Source of the DNA: the human T2T-CHM13v2.0 reference genome, Homo sapiens
Strand: one strand, 5' to 3'
DNA: 64,000 bases
Assembly: GCF_009914755.1 (NCBI RefSeq)
Contig: NC_060930.1
A program made the position numbers and the translations under genes. Positions 57,493 through 64,000 of this stretch are shown here, piece by piece. Below the pieces are notes generated by a model. It was given only the letters and a program-made list of their open reading frames with translations. It was not told where the DNA came from and searched no databases. How positions within the stretch are numbered: position 1 is the first letter of the stretch; every line of letters begins with the position of its first letter.

Positions 57493-57897
57493 TGAAAGAA
57501 ACAATTAATTTGAAAATGCATGTAATAATTTTATTTGCATGTTTGGATTCAGCCATAAAATTATGTTGACAATTGAGCCCCCACTGTGGGTTCAGGAATG
57601 TTCTGAGTGTGGTAGACAATATAACAGAAATTGAAGACAGGGACTTTGTCCTTGAGAAATTGATCCATCCAGCTAGGGAGATGAAAATTACCTTAATAAA
57701 GTACAGTTATCAAACACTTCTGGTGTGCCAGGTGCTGTGCTCAGAGCTTTGAAGACCTTATTTCACTGAATCCTCAGAAACCTGGGGAAGTAAGCACTAC
57801 TGCGATCTGTGTGTTATACAGGAGTAAACCAAGGTTTGGGATGTTTACAAACTCTTCAAAGGGTTGTTGTGAGGATTATGTGAGAAACCATAATGCA

Positions 57898-58235
57898 TTA
57901 TATCAGTTGGGTTTACATGTGATTTTCTACAAAAAAAAAAAAAAAAAGAAAGAAAAAGGGGGAAAAAAGACCAAAACAAAGCAAAAAATACCAGAAGCTT
58001 AAACAAGACAGAAGTTTATTCTTATTTCTCATACACGAAGTCAGGAGGTAGACAGCAGCTGAGCTGCCCTGAGCAGCTCCGCTTGAGCGTGTGGACGTAC
58101 TGACTTCCAAGGGAATATGCAAAATGTCGATTTTTTTAAACAGGTGGTCATGTGCCCAGCTAAACACTGGGGCTTCTGTAACTAAAGGTGGGAAGAACAG
58201 ATATTGGGTTAGTTAGGCAACTTGCTTCTCTGCCG
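57898..58235. mobile_element. MLT1J-like old MaLR LTR remnant
   Basis: cttaaacaagacagaagtttatt...ggtcatgtgcccagctaaa...gatattgggt. Confidence 0.55.
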
Positions 58236-58933
58236 TATGTATGCAAAGTGCCAGACACGGGATAAACATACTAAGTGGTATGTAATAACAGTTACAAAGC
58301 TCAATGCAGCCTAGAGGTGGTTTGGTTCATTGATTAAATACAACTCTTTGTGTCTGAGGTTTTCTCTTTTTTACGCTTGTGCACTATCCCTAAACAGGTA
58401 AGTGAATGAGAACAAGGGAGGGTGTACCGCAGGCCGGGGGCATCCCCATCCCCGCTTGGGCCAGCTTCTCCTTTACCTTTTCCAGAGATTCGAGGTGGTT
58501 TGCCCTAAGGTTTCACACCTGTGTGAAGGTGGCAGGAAGCAGCCAAGTCATGATGCAAAGCAAGGACGCTGCCCAGGCCTGGGCATTTCAGCTTCTGCTT
58601 GCCTCTCCTGCTCCCTCTCAGCACCTGTGAATGACAGCTCAGGTCTCTGGCAAATGGGAAAAACCGAGGACATGCCAGTCACATTGGACAAGACATCCTC
58701 TGTATCAGTGACAACAAGCAAGACGCCCCTCATGCTGTGCAAGCAGGTGGCCCTGAGAAAGGGTTGGTTGTAACTCATGGTTAGGTGTCTTGAATTTGGT
58801 CCATTTATTTTGAAAGGTTTTCCATGGATCATCTCAATCTCACAAATTCCTAGATAACAGAGAAGATGCTCAGGCTACAGAATGTTCCCACTGTGTGGAG
58901 TTGAGGAGTTGTCCTCCGCCCCTTAAACCCTGA

Positions 58934-59264
<331 letters not shown>

Positions 59265-60239
59265 TGAGCAGGGTTGGCTTATCAGAGCAGGGCTGGGAGA
59301 GCAAGCTGGGTAGGACTGATGGGTAGTGTGGAATGGTCTGGACGGCAGGGATAAAAGCTGGAATCTCCAGTTGCTTCATGCCAATATGGTTTGGGCAGGA
59401 AAGGGTGGAGAGGAAAAAGAGGAAAGAGAAGGCCTCGGCCCTGCCATCCTCTCACCTCCTTATCTAATCTACGACCTCATTCTTCAGTGTTACCTCCTCA
59501 CTGTCTCTCTCATGGAGGCCACTGCTAGCATACATGGAGCTTTGTGTAAGTTAGAAAAAGACACCCCATTCTCCAGTGGACTCAGCTCTGTGCCAGGACT
59601 CAATGAGTAGCATGCAAGGCCCTGGCTGAATCAGAGCCCCCACCCACCTCCTTGGCCTTGAGCAGTGAGCAATCTGCACATTCTGAAGTAGTGGACTCTG
59701 TGGGGTCAGTTCACTTATCTCTATCCCCATAGTCCCTCTGGTCCCCATACAACTCCACCATCTCTCTTTTCTCACTTGGGCTATGCGCAATCATCACAGA
59801 TAATTAGGAGAGCCATTTATAAAGAGGCCTACATTTAGACGCGGTGTTGTTGCCAGGTACAGTTATACATTTAGTCCTAGAGATAACAACAACTAGATTA
59901 AAAGATGTTCTTCATGTTTTTTGCTTTTTAGGTTGGGATCTATGATCAGCTCACACTGCCCTATGAATTAAAAAATAAATAAATCTTAAGATTTATTCTG
60001 CAAAAGGCATATTTGTATAGCATTGTATTCTTGAGTCTGTACATTAGGAATTTAAAAATGTAAACATTAAAATAAACATTTGTATGCTCCTCTTTTATGG
60101 TTTTAAAAAATATCATAATATCCTCAGAGCCGCAATAAATGAGAGTGGCCAGGCCGCCCTGGTCCCAGAGGTTTGAGCCCCGACTCCCGGGACCTGCCGC
60201 CCGATTCCAGCTCTGGCCGCACTGCCAACGTGCTGTCTT

Positions 60240-60750
60240 CCTAGCAGTGGTTTCTTGCTATAACCCAGATCTGATGTCAGCCCCCTGCTTCAATGCCCTG
60301 GTTACTTCCCACTGCTTTTGGGTCACAAGCCCTGATTTAATTGGGCCTGGGACAAGCATGGTGGTCCCTGTCTCCCAGCATGCCTGCCCTCACCCTGCTC
60401 TCCAGTCCCACTTGCCTCCTGCCGTCTGCGGCACTCTTTCCCTTCTTTATTTAATGTTTTCTCCTCTTTCTTTAGTGTTCAGCCCAAGTCACATTTCCTC
60501 AGGGAAGCTGTCCCTCAGCCCCCAGTCTGCATCAGGCTCCTTGGCTATTTCCCTCATAGAACCCTGTACCTTTCCTTCAGAACCCATTGCTTTGTAACTC
60601 TCCATTAGTGATCATTCAATGAATGATCCGGTACATTCAATGTGGTCAAGTGTTATTAGTTTTTGTTGTTCACTCCAGTGCCCACAGCACCTAGCACAGG
60701 GCTAGGGCAGAGTAGGTGATAGACAGTTCCTTGTCAAATGAATAATTGGG
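60240..60750 (+). mobile_element. L2 3' fragment
   Basis: cacatttcctcagggaagctgtccct...cagcacctagcacagggct...aaatgaat. Confidence 0.65.
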
Positions 60751-63700
60751 GTTGAGGCAAGGAGTCCCCTTCCCAGATGCTCCTTGTGGGTTATGCTTTG
60801 GCAGGGAAACCTTTTGGCATGTCCGGTCCTTGAGAAAGAGGGTCACCTATACTACACAGAGTACAGCTTGACACAGGTGTCACCTGAGGGCCCAAGAAGA
60901 TGCCAGGGAGAGCTCACTGAAATTTAAGTCTTAGAGTTACATGTTGCAATGTAACTTCAAGTTAGAGAGAGAAAAAAATTCTTTATATTTAACTTGGGCA
61001 TTTTTAGGGGAATGGGTTAATAAGCAGATTCCTCAATGAAATTATGTCATTTTGGTATGAAAAGCATATAACCAAGTCCTTTGGCCCTGACCAAGACAAT
61101 TAGATGACTGTCATAAACCCTTAAAGGTGCTCACTGACTCGCATAATGAATTAGAAACCAAGTCATCAGGTATAAGCAAGGTGAACTAAAAACGAGGAAT
61201 GCGCTCCATTAATGCACGAGTTATTGTTATTTGGGACTTACTGTTTTTGAAACATAGTCTTATTCTCAAAGTTTACCTGTACTATAAAGCAATTAATCAT
61301 TATCTGTGAGAGACCTAGAAGGCCTTCAGGTAAGTTCCTGAAACTTTTCTAGAAAACTGAGGTGATTCAACTGCCAAGTGACTTATTTGTATACCTGATT
61401 ATATATGCTTACTACCCAAATATTTATTTTGAGGAACTAGAGTGGAGTTACCTATGCAGGACCTTTAGCCAGCCAGGCAGCATGTTATCACTAAGAACGG
61501 CCACAAAGATGACTACATGATGTGATGTAGAATACTGAAAAACACTGGTAGGTGCTCAGTAAGTGATTTTCACTAATGGCAAAATGATTGAGGACAGTAC
61601 TGGAAATAAAAGCAGCCATTGAACACACATTTGTCTAAAAGTTACAAGAAATTTATAAATGAGGCTGTGATAAAGTCATTCAAAAGCGGACAGTCCAGGA
61701 TAAAATAAAAAGTACAATGTATTAAAATGTAGTAAGGTGTTTCTTAATGTATTTCACTGGTGTTACTATGTTTCTAAGGAATTTGGAGAGAAACTGTAGT
61801 AGCCTGATGTTAAACTTAAGGTTCTGGAAGTCCAGACTCCACAGTGGTGGGTTCCAGGTGTCAAGTCGGAGTTGTGTCAGCGGGAGGATTAGGGTCAGCT
61901 GCCCGCTAATGGCAGCCAGCAAGCCTCCGCTGCAGGAAATGCTGCGGGATGGGGAAGGTCTGAGCTTGCTTCTTTACTGGCCAAATCCCATGTGACATTG
62001 AGGGGCAGACCTTAGTAGGTATGAGTGATTGTTAATTGTTTATCTCCCCTATGAAGGACAGGACCAAGGTAATTATCTTTCATTTTCAAGGCATGGCACA
62101 AGGTAGACTCTAGGTAAATTTGTTGAATGACTACATGCAGTGTATCTCCATCCAGGTTTATTATCCCCACAATAATTTTCTTAGTAAGTTTATTAGTGCT
62201 ACCGTCTGCCATAGTTCCCAAATTTGAACTATTTTTTTTGCCTAGGCTTTTTTTTTTTTTTCAAATCCTACCTAATTGATTTGCACAGTTGTTTCAAATC
62301 AAATGCTACATCCCATATCTTGCAGTGACGCAGTTATTCACTGCTAACGTCTAAATCGGAGAAGTGAAAAGGACAATTGTTTCGTGCTTTCTTAAGTCCC
62401 TGACCAAGATCAGTAGGGAAATCCCATTAGCTCTATTCATCGCATTTCTCATAAATCTAAAAGGAAAGCAAGTATCCAAAGCTTTATTCTTTAATAGTTC
62501 TTATTTGTAAAACCTTGACAGGGCTTTATTCTAAATTGCTTCCAAATTACATAAAGAATAGTTAGAAATATGACGGGCAGTGAATCGTGATAGTTTCAGT
62601 CATCGAATAAATAAGTAGAACAGTAAAAGGGGACTAATCTGAAAGCAAACAGAGTATGATGGGCTACGATGAGGCAAAAAGAACAGAACTGTGGAATTCT
62701 TAAACTACCATCTGGCTCAATCCCCTTTAAGTGGCCAAGTTGAAGAGCCTTTTATTCAGTGCCCTAAAACTTATTCAAAAGGCGCAGTATTTGAATATTA
62801 ATATTTCCATACAGTAAAAAAAAAAGTCTTTTGTAACCAAAAAGGAATGTTTAACAAAATAATGGGTAATCCTCTGGCTAAACATGAGGGCGTGGGGAGC
62901 ACCCTGTGGGTGGGAGGTCGGCTGGAACCCAGGGTGGCTGCGGGCAGCCTCCGGGCCTTCCCCTCATGGCTTCTTTGTGGTTAGGGTAACTTATTAAAGT
63001 TGTCATTGTGGTTTGAAATTTAGGCAAGAGGTGTAAAATTAAGGAATTCATTAGGAAAAATGAGCGCAGTGATTTCTAGTACCTTATTTCATCAAAAAGA
63101 AACAATAAGGTAGAATTGCCATATGAGATAGTTGAGGCAAGGAACACAATGGAAATTTGAACCTGTGGTTGAAATTGTGCTTTTGTGTAATGGGAACCTA
63201 TTTCATCACTTTGTAACAGACCCCTGACAATTGGTGTTTTGTTTGTTAAGCCCTGGATGTTTAAATGAAACTAAACAGGCTTTTATTTTGTTTTCCTGAG
63301 GTGTGTATGAAAAGTTGAGCAAATTCGAGTGCACTTCTTATCTTCAGCAAAGATGCTTTAGAAAGGTATTTTAGCATTCTCCGTGGTTTAAAAGACAAAA
63401 CCAAGTCCTGCCGGCTTTGTGTTGTGCTTCTCCTACAGGCTGCAGTGCCTTCTGTCTGCTTTAGGGTGTGGCATCTGCCATTGGGGAGGAAAAACTGGCA
63501 TGTGTCGCCTTTTATAGCAGACTGATTTCATTGTGCTGGGGGCCTCTATTTTATAGTCTCTTAGTTCCAATCTTCTAGTTGACTTGCTGAAGCAAATGGA
63601 ATTAAAAGAGATTTTGACTTCTCTACTAATTTTTTTTTAGTTTCACGATTTGCCAATATGAAAAAATATTTTAAGGAAAAGGGCCATAGCTGAACTTGGT

Positions 63701-64000
63701 GACTCATTTTCCCTTTTAGGATTAGTTGTGAAAATAAGCCACAACATATGGCTACACTTGTATGAACTGACTTTGATATATTTTATCAATTTGAAAAAAT
63801 GCACTTTTAGGATGATGTGTACATACTTAGTTTGACTATGTCTAAAAGCATAAATATGTAATTGATTTTAGAATATATGTATATACACACAAAACAGACA
63901 TATATTTATATTTGCATATGAAAAACTAAAAATTCAACTTCTGTGGTGTAATGCGTATAATTAGTATGTATTTGAATATATAAAGGGAGAAAATCCAGGA

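Noticed and set aside
60935-60956. agttacat-gttgca-atgtaact hairpin
   Set aside because: An 8-bp stem is expected by chance in 64 kb

Overview
Primate (very likely human) genomic DNA with no recognisable protein-coding exon. About 54 Alu/FAM copies (J, S and Y types) cover roughly a quarter of the window. There are also decayed L1, L2 and MIR fragments, THE1, MLT1 and MLT2 solo LTRs, and DNA-transposon fossils (Tigger3-type, Zaphod-type, MER5-type). The clearest functional structure is a + strand promoter region. A CCAAT/AP-1 promoter-like element ends in a 5' splice site at 7208/7209, and a CpG island with GC boxes leads into a short CA-rich non-coding first exon ending at 8630/8631. The remaining ~55 kb looks like a long first intron. 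From memory only and unverified, this layout resembles the 5' end of RBM47. Most supplied ORFs are Alu-derived or simple-repeat artefacts, two are L1 ORF1 relics, and none of the rest is recognisable. I found no evidence of a new multi-gene system. The best leads are small-scale: a candidate recursive splice site plus 88-nt mini-intron (58360-58485), a CpG-gain tract (38040-38950), a templated insertion scar (44118-44206), a probable L1 3' transduction (39388-39600), near-zero-spacer inverted Alu pairs, and deep repeat nesting. Repeat subfamily calls and boundaries are by eye and approximate.
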